The notes below the pieces were generated by a model. That model saw only the letters and a program-made list of their open reading frames with translations, searched no databases and was not told the DNA's origin. Shown piece after piece: positions 56,734-64,000 of a stretch of 64,000 bases of DNA (positions are counted from its first letter, which is position 1; every line of letters begins with the position of its first letter). The position numbers and the translations under genes were made by a program. The DNA is from Pseudomonadota bacterium (GTDB lineage Bacteria > Pseudomonadota > Gammaproteobacteria > Steroidobacterales > Steroidobacteraceae), in NCBI GenBank assembly GCA_018261655.1, contig JAGTSG010000002.1:35871-99870 (forward strand), read 5' to 3'.

Positions 56734-57791
56734 AAGCGCAGATCGCCGTCCTGCCCGGTGACGGGATCGGGCCCGAGGTGGTCGCCGAAGCGGTCCGTTG
56801 CCTCGAGGCCGTCGCTGCGCGCTTCGGCCACCAGTTCAGCCTCGCCGAGGCGCCGGTCGGCGCGGCCGCGATGGACCTCACCGGCGAGCCCCTGCCTGCC
56901 TCGACGCTGGCGCTTGCCAGGTCCGCCGACGCCGTGCTGTTCGGCGCGATCGGCGACCCCAGGTATTCGGATCCCGCGCTCGCCGTGCGGCCGGAGCAGA
57001 GCATCCTCGCCCTTCGCCGGGAACTCGGCCTGTACGCCAACCTGCGGCCGGCGGTCACCCACCCCGCCGTCTACCACGCCTCGCCACTCAGGCCGGAACT
57101 GCTCGCCGGCGTGGACATCCTCGTCGTGCGCGAGCTGACCGGCGGGATCTACTTCGGCGAGAAGACCCGCACCGCCGACAGCGCCTCGGATGTCTGCGCC
57201 TATACGACTGGCGAGATCGAGCGCGTGGTCCGCCTGGCGGCGGGCCTGGCCGCGAAGCGACGCCGCAAGCTCGTTTCGGTGGACAAGGCAAACGTCCTCG
57301 AGACATCGCGGCTGTGGCGCAGCGTGGTCAATCGCGTGATGGCGGCAGAGTACCCGGGCGTGACGGTCGAGCACATGTACATCGACGCGGCCACCATGCA
57401 CGTGCTGCGCCGGCCCGCCGACTTCGACGTGATCGTCACCGAGAACATGTTCGGCGACATCCTCACCGACGAGGTGGCGATGCTGCCCGGATCGCTCGGT
57501 CTCTGCCCCTCGGCCTCGCTCGGCGACGGCCGGCGGGGCCTTTACGAGCCGATCCACGGCTCCGCGCCCGACATTGCCGGCAAGGGCATCGCCAACCCTT
57601 TCGGCACCATCCTGAGCGCCGCGATGCTGCTCAGGCACTCGCTAGGGCTCGACGAGGAAGCCGCTGCCATCGAGCGCGCGGTGGCCAGGACCCTTGCCGA
57701 CGGCGTGCTGACGCCCGACCTGGCCCTGCGCGGGAGCGCCGCAGCGACGACGCGCTGCGCCGGCGATGCCGTGGTTGCCCGGCTCGTCTAG
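56730..57791 (+). CDS. leuB: 3-isopropylmalate dehydrogenase
   Basis: [18 protein letters not shown] and [10 protein letters not shown] motifs. ATGA overlap with leuD. Confidence 0.95.
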   Translation: MKAQIAVLPGDGIGPEVVAEAVRCLEAVAARFGHQFSLAEAPVGAAAMDLTGEPLPASTLALARSADAVLFGAIGDPRYSDPALAVRPEQSILALRRELGLYANLRPAVTHPAVYHASPLRPELLAGVDILVVRELTGGIYFGEKTRTADSASDVCAYTTGEIERVVRLAAGLAAKRRRKLVSVDKANVLETSRLWRSVVNRVMAAEYPGVTVEHMYIDAATMHVLRRPADFDVIVTENMFGDILTDEVAMLPGSLGLCPSASLGDGRRGLYEPIHGSAPDIAGKGIANPFGTILSAAMLLRHSLGLDEEAAAIERAVARTLADGVLTPDLALRGSAAATTRCAGDAVVARLV

Positions 57792-58945
57792 GCCGCGGCG
57801 CGGTCCAGTCCGCGACCGAGGTCCTCGAGCAGGTCCTCGGCCGCCTCGATCCCCACCGACAGGCGCAGCAAACCCGGCGTGATGCCCGCCTGGCGGCGGG
57901 CCTCCGGTTCCATCGCCGCGTGGGTCATCGTGTCGGGATGGGCAACCAGGCTCTCGACTCCGCCCAGCGACTCCGCCAGCGAGAAACACTCGAGCCCGTC
58001 GAGGAACCGTGCGACGGCGGGCAGGCCGCCGGCGAGTTCGAAGCTGACGATGGCGCCGAATCCCGACTGCTGTCGGGCCGCCAGCGCATGCCCGGGGTCG
58101 CGCTCGAGGCCCGGGTAGAAGACCCGCGCGACGGATCCGTGGGACTCCAGGAGCTGCGCGACCGCGGCGGCATTCTCGCCGTGCTGCCGCAGCCGTGCGT
58201 GCAGCGTACGCAGGCCCCGCAGCGTGAGGAAGGCGTCGAAGGCGCTTCCCGTGATGCCGAGGCAGTTCCCCCACCACGCGAGCTCCTGGTGCAGCCCTTC
58301 GTCGCGCGACACGACGGCGCCCCCGACGACGTCGCTGTGCCCGTTGATGTACTTGGTCGTCGAGTGCACGACGAGGTCCGCCCCGAGGGCGATCGGCTGC
58401 TGCCACCCCGGGCTCAGGAAAGTGTTGTCCACTGCGACCAGCGCGCCCGCCTCGTGGGCCGCGGCCGACACGGCCGCGATGTCGGTGATCCGCAGCAACG
58501 GGTTGCTCGGCGACTCGATCCACACCACACGCGGCCGTCGCGCGAGGGCGCGCGCGAGGGCCGCGGCGTCGGTCATGTCCAGGAAATCGACGATCGCCCT
58601 GCCCGTCCGGTGCAGGGCGGCGAGCAGGCGGTAGGTCCCACCGTAGCAGTCGTGGGGCGCGACGATCCGCTCGCCGGGCCGCGCCAGCACCACGGCGAGG
58701 GTCACGGCCGCCATGCCGGTTGCGGTAACGACGGCTCCGGCGCCGCCCTCGAGGTCGGCCAGCGCTGCTGCGAGCGCATCCCGCGTCGGGTTGCCGGAGC
58801 GCGAGTAGTCGTAGCGCCGGCGTTCATTCAGGCCTGCGAAGGTGAAGGTCGAGGACAGGTAGATCGGCGCGACGACCGCGCCGTGTTCGGCGTCGGTCTC
58901 GAGGCCTGCCCGGACGGTGCGCGTCGGCAGTGACTTCTTCCTCAT
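57788..58945 (-). CDS. Cys/Met-metabolism PLP-dependent enzyme (cystathionine gamma-synthase / O-succinylhomoserine sulfhydrylase-like)
   Basis: YSRSGNPTRDALA and the PLP-Lys region HSTTKYINGHSD. Overlaps metX by 4 nt. Confidence 0.85.
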   Translation of the reverse strand: MRKKSLPTRTVRAGLETDAEHGAVVAPIYLSSTFTFAGLNERRRYDYSRSGNPTRDALAAALADLEGGAGAVVTATGMAAVTLAVVLARPGERIVAPHDCYGGTYRLLAALHRTGRAIVDFLDMTDAAALARALARRPRVVWIESPSNPLLRITDIAAVSAAAHEAGALVAVDNTFLSPGWQQPIALGADLVVHSTTKYINGHSDVVGGAVVSRDEGLHQELAWWGNCLGITGSAFDAFLTLRGLRTLHARLRQHGENAAAVAQLLESHGSVARVFYPGLERDPGHALAARQQSGFGAIVSFELAGGLPAVARFLDGLECFSLAESLGGVESLVAHPDTMTHAAMEPEARRQAGITPGLLRLSVGIEAAEDLLEDLGRGLDRAAA

Positions 58946-59934
58946 CGCGCGTCCCCGTCGAGCGCCTGCGCGAACAGCGGCGCCAGCTGGACGCGTTCCT
59001 TGAGGAAGGCGTCGTGGCCGAACAGGGAGTGGATCTCGTACAGACGCCGCGGACCCGTCAGCCGGCTCTCGAGCTCGCGCATCTCGTCGATGGTGACCAG
59101 CTGGTCCTCGGTCACGCCGACCAGCGTCGCCGGCACCTTGATCGACTCCGGCGCGACCCGGTGCAGGTCAATGGACTCCGACAGGCACATGAAGGCTCCC
59201 GGCGCGTAGCGGCGCGCGTAGTCGTCGCCCCGGGCCAGCAGGTAGCGCTCGACCGGGAAGACGGCGCGGGTGCCGGTCACTTCGGGCGGGTCGTCGAAGC
59301 GCCGCTCGAACTCCTGGCGTGTCCGGTAAGTGGCCATCGCGAGCGCCCGCGCGAGGCGCAGTCCACCGGGCCCGTCGCCGTGCGACAGGCCGAACCTAAC
59401 CGCCTCCCTTTCGATGCTCCTCCAGGCCGTCGCGAGCGGATTCGTACGGTGGGCCGCGCTGATCACCAGGATCCGGGCGACCCGCTCCGGGTGCCTCTCC
59501 GCAAAGGCCAGGGCGACCATACCCCCGTAGGAGGCGCCGACAATCGCGTGCAGGCTCGGGACACCCAGCAGGTCGCACAGGCGCAGAAGGACGGTCGCCT
59601 GGTCGTAGGAACTGACCGGCGGAAAGTCCGGTGCGCCCGCCACCGGGCCGGTCGTGTCGCCGCTGCCGCCGAGGTAATCGAAGCCGAGCAGGCGAAACCG
59701 GCTGGAGTCGAGCGGCAGGCCCGGCCCGGCCAGTTCGGGCCACCAGCCTTCGCCTGCGCGAGCCCGGCCCGCGATTCGCCGGTGCGCCGAAATGCCGCCC
59801 ATCGCCACCACCACCGGCGCGCCGACAGGTCCCTCGAGGCGCCAGGCCACCCTCACGGACGGCAGGGCACCCCCGTGGTGCAACGCCAGTCCGCCTGGAA
59901 GCTCGTGGACGCCTTCTGCTACGTCGGGTGTCAT
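58942..59934 (-). CDS. metX: Homoserine O-acyltransferase MetX (alpha/beta hydrolase)
   Basis: MetX-type N-terminus (LALHHGGALPSVRVAWRLEG), nucleophile elbow GASYGGM, and a SAM riboswitch upstream. ATG at 59934 (GAGGG Shine-Dalgarno sequence) is preferred. TTG at 60003 with GGAGAG is an alternative. Confidence 0.8.
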   Translation of the reverse strand: MTPDVAEGVHELPGGLALHHGGALPSVRVAWRLEGPVGAPVVVAMGGISAHRRIAGRARAGEGWWPELAGPGLPLDSSRFRLLGFDYLGGSGDTTGPVAGAPDFPPVSSYDQATVLLRLCDLLGVPSLHAIVGASYGGMVALAFAERHPERVARILVISAAHRTNPLATAWRSIEREAVRFGLSHGDGPGGLRLARALAMATYRTRQEFERRFDDPPEVTGTRAVFPVERYLLARGDDYARRYAPGAFMCLSESIDLHRVAPESIKVPATLVGVTEDQLVTIDEMRELESRLTGPRRLYEIHSLFGHDAFLKERVQLAPLFAQALDGDAR

Positions 59935-60106
59935 GACAGCCCTCGCGACCGCGGCAGGACGGCGCGACAGGTCATTGTCCGTGGCCTCGGCAGGTTGGCT
60001 CAAGGGTCTCTCCGGTCCGGTACCACAACGACAGGTATCCCGCGGAGAGCCCGCCCTGGCAGGCTGCCGGCGCCCTGGCGGGCCGGTCCGGCCCGCTCGC
60101 GCGGCG

Positions 60107-60223
60107 ATTCATCTGTCGACGGGCCCTCGGCCCTCCGCAGGAGTTGGCACCTTTCCGGGATGGTGAGTCCCGACGGTTGCCCCGGCGTCAAAGGGCCTTG
60201 TCCCTCGGCCGGTCTCGATGAAT
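60107..60223 (-). promoter_or_regulatory. SAM-I (S-box) riboswitch upstream of metX
   Basis: Minus strand reads AUUCAUCGAGACCGGCCGAGGGACAAGGCCCUUUGACGCCGGGGCAACC...GAAAGGUGCCAACUCCUGC...GACAGAUGAAU. It matches the conserved SAM-I blocks (AUC-AGAG, GAGGGA, GGCCC, UGA, GGCAACC, GGUGCCAA, UCCUGC, AGAUGA) and has a closing P1 helix AUUCAUC/GAUGAAU. Confidence 0.85.
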
Positions 60224-60231
60224 CCGCTGCA

Positions 60232-60261
60232 AGTCTATGGGGGCGGCCGGCGGGCGGTCAA
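60232..60261 (-). promoter_or_regulatory. Candidate sigma70 promoter for the SAM riboswitch-metX transcript
   Basis: Minus strand reads TTGACC-N18-TAGACT, ending about 8 nt upstream of riboswitch helix P1. Confidence 0.45.
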
Positions 60262-60298
60262 GGAAGTCCCGGACTTGCCACCGGCGGCCGGCTGTAAT

Positions 60299-60330
60299 AA
60301 TGTAACAGCGTATTAATACATTGTTACAGT
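60299..60330. promoter_or_regulatory. 32-bp AT-rich imperfect palindrome (candidate YerC/TrpR-like operator overlapping the his promoter)
   Basis: AATGTAACAGCGTATTAATACATTGTTACAGT has 13 of 16 symmetric positions. Its core GTATTAATAC is a perfect palindrome, flanked by TGTAACA/TGTTACA arms. A possible promoter, TTGCCA (60275-80) with AATAAT (60296-301), overlaps it. Confidence 0.5.
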
Positions 60331-60342
60331 GATCCGCGAGCC

Positions 60343-60660
60343 ATGAAGCTGCACCGACCCCTCAGCCCGCGCCAGGAAGCCCTGCACGAACGCGCGCTCT
60401 ACGCCGCGGTGCTCGAACTGCGGTCCGTCGAAGAAGCCCGCGCGTTCTTCCGCGACCTGTGCACCCCCGCCGAGCTCCAGGCGATGGCCGATCGCTGGGC
60501 CGTCGTCGAGCTCCTCGAGCGCGGCCTCCCCTACCGCGAGGTGCAGCGGCTGACCGGCGTCAGCGTGACCACGATCGGGCGCGTGGCGCGCTACCTCACC
60601 CAGGGCAACGGCGGCTACGCCAGTGTGGCGTCCCGCCTGCGCTCCGCACGCGAAGGATGA
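60343..60660 (+). CDS. TrpR-like YerC/YecD-family DNA-binding protein
   Basis: FFRDLCTPAELQAMADRWAVVELLERGLPYREVQRLTGVSVTTIGRVARYL is characteristic of the YerC/YecD (Trp repressor-like) family. ATGA overlap with hisG. Confidence 0.8.
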   Translation: MKLHRPLSPRQEALHERALYAAVLELRSVEEARAFFRDLCTPAELQAMADRWAVVELLERGLPYREVQRLTGVSVTTIGRVARYLTQGNGGYASVASRLRSAREG

Positions 60661-61562
60661 ACATGGATCCGACCCCGCGCATCAAGCTCGCCATCCAGAA
60701 GTCGGGCCGGCTGACCGACAACTCGCTCGACCTGCTGGCCCGCTGCGGCCTGAAGTACAGCCGCGCCCGGGACCAGCTGCTGTGCTTCGGCGAGAACATG
60801 CCGCTCGACGTACTGCTGGTGCGCGATGACGACATTCCCGACCTGGTGCAGGAAGACGTCTGCGAGCTCGGAATCGTCGGGCTGAACGTCGTGGAGGAGA
60901 AGCGGCTCGGCCTCGCCGCACGGGGCACGACGCCCCTGTTCGAGCAGGTGATGACGCTCGACTACGGGCGCTGCCGCATGAGCATCGCCGTACCGGAGGA
61001 ATTCGCCTACTCCGGTCCGGCGTCGCTCGAGGGGCTCCGCATCGCGACCACCTACCCCAACATCCTGGCGCGCTGGCTCGCCGGCCAGGGCGTCCGCGCC
61101 GGCGTCGTCACCCTGTCGGGCGCCGTCGAGATCGCGCCCCGCCTCGGGCGAGCCGACGTCATCTGTGACCTGGTCTCGACGGGCTCGACGCTTGCAGCCA
61201 ATCACCTGACCGAGGTCGAGACCGTCATGGAGAGCCAGGCGGTGCTGATCAGGACGCCGGTCCCCGTCGCAGCCGGGAAACAGGACTGGATGGACAAGCT
61301 GCTCAAGCGCATGGATGGCGTCCAGCAGGTGAAGGAGAGCAAGTACATCATGCTCCACGCGCCCCGCTCCGCCCTGCCGCAGATCGCCGGGCTGCTGCCC
61401 GGCAGCGAGCACCCGACCATCGTCCCGCTCGAGGGCACCGACGAGAAGGTCGCGGTCCATGCCGTCTGCCGCGAGAACGTGTTCTGGGAGACGCTGGAAC
61501 GCCTGAAGGCCGCCGGTGCGTCCGCCATCCTGGTCCTGCCCGTGGAGAAGATGCTGCCATGA
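60657..61562 (+). CDS. hisG: ATP phosphoribosyltransferase (long form)
   Basis: IKLAIQKSGRLTDNSLDLL N-terminus and DLVSTGSTLAAN motif. About 300 aa including the C-terminal regulatory domain. Confidence 0.93.
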   Translation: MNMDPTPRIKLAIQKSGRLTDNSLDLLARCGLKYSRARDQLLCFGENMPLDVLLVRDDDIPDLVQEDVCELGIVGLNVVEEKRLGLAARGTTPLFEQVMTLDYGRCRMSIAVPEEFAYSGPASLEGLRIATTYPNILARWLAGQGVRAGVVTLSGAVEIAPRLGRADVICDLVSTGSTLAANHLTEVETVMESQAVLIRTPVPVAAGKQDWMDKLLKRMDGVQQVKESKYIMLHAPRSALPQIAGLLPGSEHPTIVPLEGTDEKVAVHAVCRENVFWETLERLKAAGASAILVLPVEKMLP

Positions 61563-62884
61563 GCGCACCACTGCTGACGATGCACGAGTGGGGCCGGCTC
61601 CCTGCGGCCGCGCGCCGGGAGGTGCTGCGCCGCCCGGCCCAGCGGGACCAGGACGAGACCATGGCGAGCGCCCGCGCCATCGTCGAGCGCGTACGCCGCG
61701 ACGGCGACCGGGCGCTCAAGTCGCTGACCGCCGAGTACGACCGGGTCCAGCTCGAGCAGCTGCGCGTCTCCGAGTCCGAGTTCGACGACGCGGCCACTGC
61801 CCTTTCGGCCAACGAGAAGCGGGCCATCGAGCGCGCGATCGAGACCGTCCACAGGTTCCACGAGGCCCAGCTGCTGGCGCCGCTGCGGGTCGAGACCGCG
61901 CCCGGTGTCGTCTGCGAGAGGCTCTCGGTGCCGCTCGATGCAATCGGCATGTACGTCCCGGCCGGCACCGCGCCGCTGCCCTCCTCGGCGCTGATGATCG
62001 GCGTCCCGGCGGCCATCGCAGGGTGCCCGACGCGCGTGCTGTGCAGCCCGCCGCGTCGCGACGGTCGCGCCGACCCGGGCGTGCTGTACGTGGCCCGCGC
62101 CTGCGGCGTGACGCACGTCCTCAAGTGCGGCGGGGCCCAGGCGATCGCCGCGATGGCCTACGGGACCGAGACCGTCCCCAAGGTGGACAAGATCTTCGGT
62201 CCCGGCAACGCCTGGGTCACGGCCGCCAAGCTGCTGGTGGCCATGGATCCCGACGGCGCCGCCTACGACATGCCCGCCGGCCCGTCCGAGGTGCTGGTGG
62301 TCGCGGACCACAAGGCCCACCCTGACTTCGTGGCCTCCGACCTGCTCGCTCAGGCCGAGCACAGCGTGGATGCCCAGGTGCTGCTGGTGACGACCAGCCG
62401 CGAGCTCGCGCATGCGGTGAACCGCGCTGTCGAGTCCCAGCTCGCGCGCCTGACGCGCACCGCCATCATCCAGGAGTCGCTGACGAGCAGCCGCATCATC
62501 CTCGTGGACGACCTGGAGACGGCGCTCGAGGTGGCGAACGCCTACGCGCCCGAGCACCTGATCATCGAGACCGAGCGCCCGCGGGAGTGGTTGCCCAGGG
62601 TCCGCCACGCCGGCTCGGTCTTCCTCGGCGCCTGGACGCCGGAGTCCATGGGCGATTACTGCAGCGGCACCAATCACGTCCTGCCCACCTACGGATTTGC
62701 CCGCTCGTTCAGCGGCCTTGGCCTGACCGACTTCATGCGGCAGATGACCGTGCAGGAACTGTCGCCCGACGGTATCGCGGGTCTCGGCCCGGTTGCGCAG
62801 ACGCTCGCAATGCTCGAGGGCCTGGACGCACACGCCAACGCCGTCACCGTCCGCCTCGAGCACCTTCCGCGGGAGCCGGAATGA
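61559..62884 (+). CDS. hisD: Histidinol dehydrogenase
   Basis: GPGNAWVTAAK, QAEHS and motifs around HVLPT. 441 aa. Overlaps its neighbours by 4 nt. Confidence 0.95.
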   Translation: MSAPLLTMHEWGRLPAAARREVLRRPAQRDQDETMASARAIVERVRRDGDRALKSLTAEYDRVQLEQLRVSESEFDDAATALSANEKRAIERAIETVHRFHEAQLLAPLRVETAPGVVCERLSVPLDAIGMYVPAGTAPLPSSALMIGVPAAIAGCPTRVLCSPPRRDGRADPGVLYVARACGVTHVLKCGGAQAIAAMAYGTETVPKVDKIFGPGNAWVTAAKLLVAMDPDGAAYDMPAGPSEVLVVADHKAHPDFVASDLLAQAEHSVDAQVLLVTTSRELAHAVNRAVESQLARLTRTAIIQESLTSSRIILVDDLETALEVANAYAPEHLIIETERPREWLPRVRHAGSVFLGAWTPESMGDYCSGTNHVLPTYGFARSFSGLGLTDFMRQMTVQELSPDGIAGLGPVAQTLAMLEGLDAHANAVTVRLEHLPREPE

Positions 62885-63942
62885 GCGGCGTCCTGCACCT
62901 GGCGAGGCCGGAGATCGTCGCGCTGGCACCCTATTCGCCGGCGCGCTGGGACCCCGCGCTCGTGCGCCTGCACGCGAACGAGAACCCGTGGCGCGGCGCG
63001 GCCGACCGCACGCGCGCCGGCCTCAACCGCTATCCGGAACCGCAGTCCTCGCTGCTGATCGACCGGCTCGCCGCCTTGTATGGGGTCGCGCCGGAGCAGG
63101 TTCTCGTGGGCCGTGGCAGCGACGAGGGGATAGACCTGCTGGTGCGGACATTCTGCCGGGCGGGGCAGGACCAGGTGCTGATCTGCCCCCCGACCTTCGC
63201 GATGTACCGGTTCGCTGCCGCCGTGCAGGGAGCCGGCGTGATCGAGGTCCCCCTGCGGCGTGAGGACGGCTTTGCGCTCGACGCCGGTGCGGTGCTTGCC
63301 GCGTGCACGCCGGCGACGCGGCTGGTCTTCCTCTGTTCGCCCAACAACCCGACGGGAAACCAGCTGGATCGCCAGGCCGTGCGACGGATCGTCGAGGGCC
63401 TGGCCGGGCGCGCCCTGGTGGTCATCGACGAGGCCTACGTCGAGTTCTCGAGCGCCGGCAGCCTCGCGCCGTGGCTTGCGCGGTACGGCCACCTCGCCAT
63501 CCTGCGCACGCTGTCCAAGGCCTACGGCCTGGCCGGTGCGCGCTGCGGCGCCGTGCTCGCCGCGCCGGAAGTCACCGGCCTGCTGCGGCGGGTGATCCCG
63601 CCCTACGCCGTCAGCGCGCAGACGATCGAGGCGGCGACGGACGCGCTCGCCGGCGACGGAGTCGAAGCCTGCCGCGACCAGGTGCGCCGGCTGGTCGAGG
63701 AGCGCGGGCGCGTGGCGGCGCGGCTCGCCAGCGTCCCGCTGGTCAGCAAGGTCTGGCCCAGCGAGGCCAATTTCCTGCTCGTCGAAAGCCCCGACCCCGG
63801 CCGCCTGCTGGAAGCCGGCATCGCGGCCGGGCTGCTGGTGCGTGACGTGCGCGGGCAGGCCGGGCTGTCCGGCTGCCTGCGCGTCACCATCGGCAGCCCC
63901 GACCAGAACGAACGCCTGCTCGCCGCGCTGGAGGCCGCATGA
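62881..63942 (+). CDS. hisC: Histidinol-phosphate aminotransferase
   Basis: LHANENPWR, CSPNNPTGN and the PLP-Lys region RTLSKAYGLAGARCG. Confidence 0.93.
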   Translation: MSGVLHLARPEIVALAPYSPARWDPALVRLHANENPWRGAADRTRAGLNRYPEPQSSLLIDRLAALYGVAPEQVLVGRGSDEGIDLLVRTFCRAGQDQVLICPPTFAMYRFAAAVQGAGVIEVPLRREDGFALDAGAVLAACTPATRLVFLCSPNNPTGNQLDRQAVRRIVEGLAGRALVVIDEAYVEFSSAGSLAPWLARYGHLAILRTLSKAYGLAGARCGAVLAAPEVTGLLRRVIPPYAVSAQTIEAATDALAGDGVEACRDQVRRLVEERGRVAARLASVPLVSKVWPSEANFLLVESPDPGRLLEAGIAAGLLVRDVRGQAGLSGCLRVTIGSPDQNERLLAALEAA

Positions 63943-64000
63943 GTGCCGCGAAGCCGACCCTGTTCATCGATCGCGACGGGACCCTGATCGAAGAGCCGCC
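63939..64000 (+). CDS. hisB: Histidinol-phosphatase / imidazoleglycerol-phosphate dehydratase HisB, 5' end (partial)
   Basis: MSAAKPTLFIDRDGTLIEEP carries the HAD DxDxT motif of the HisB N-domain. It runs off the window. ATGA overlap with hisC. Confidence 0.8.
   Translation, partial: MSAAKPTLFIDRDGTLIEEP

Noticed and set aside
58942-60003. Full-length 353-aa MetX ORF starting at TTG 60003.
   Set aside because: Not fully rejected. The internal ATG at 59934 has a well-spaced GAGGG Shine-Dalgarno sequence and gives an N-terminus that looks like other MetX proteins, so I reported that start and flagged the ambiguity.
1-64000. Search for tRNA, rRNA, tmRNA, IS or transposase genes, integrases, prophage genes, toxin-antitoxin pairs and CRISPR-cas.
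   Set aside because: I found no characteristic motifs, such as a T-loop GGTTCGAATCC, DDE or tyrosine-recombinase ORFs, or long terminal inverted repeats. The window looks like stable core chromosome apart from the small low-GC patch at about 640-1140.

Overview
This is a 64-kb window of about 68-70% GC and is almost entirely core chromosome. Gene order suggests a Xanthomonadales/Nevskiales-like gammaproteobacterium: fabD-fabG-acpP-fabF-mltG-tmk-holB-pilZ, a TrpR-like yerC gene fused to hisGDCB, and metX behind a SAM-I riboswitch.

Content from left to right:
- A small low-GC islet with an ArsR-type regulator, an orphan 117-aa protein, a stand-alone TIR-like protein and an EEP-fold enzyme.
- A FadB/FadJ-type enzyme and a protein with two cNMP-binding domains plus a rhodanese domain.
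- The pilZ-holB-tmk-mltG-fabF-acpP-fabG-fabD block.
- A type II secretion block, gspG to gspN only.
- An AddA/AddB-type helicase-nuclease pair.
- alaA, a His-rich NicO/RcnA-like metal transporter, and a peptide-type ABC importer with no binding-protein gene.
- An IclR regulator with etfBA, then GntR-peroxiredoxin-MAPEG.
- A catabolic cluster: hydantoinase/oxoprolinase A and B, an HMG-CoA-lyase-like enzyme, a family III CoA-transferase and an isochorismatase-like amidase.
- tonB-exbB-exbD followed by two paralogous TPR proteins.
- ilvD, an EamA transporter and an M17 peptidase.
- ilvC-leuA-leuC-leuD-leuB, metX with a metB-like gene, and yerC-hisG-hisD-hisC-hisB'.

I saw no rRNA, tRNA, CRISPR array, IS element or integrase.

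Most signals worth a second look are regulatory:
- A clear SAM-I riboswitch upstream of metX.
- A Leu-rich leader ORF plus attenuator hairpins upstream of ilvC-leu.
- Four intergenic copies of the palindrome TGTATACA, a GntR-type operator core, which tie the catabolic cluster and its regulator together and may also link the IclR/ABC-importer promoter region.
- An orphan intrinsic terminator and structured leader upstream of the ABC importer.
- A 32-bp AT-rich palindrome in front of yerC-his.

I found no compelling evidence for a wholly new multi-gene system. The best candidates are the GntR-linked catabolic island and the TIR-like/EEP gene pair, and both rest on inference only.

Coordinates between about 5821 and 6000 may be off by 1. 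My reading of those three sequence lines disagrees by one base with the ORF track, and I trusted the ORF track for CDS ends.
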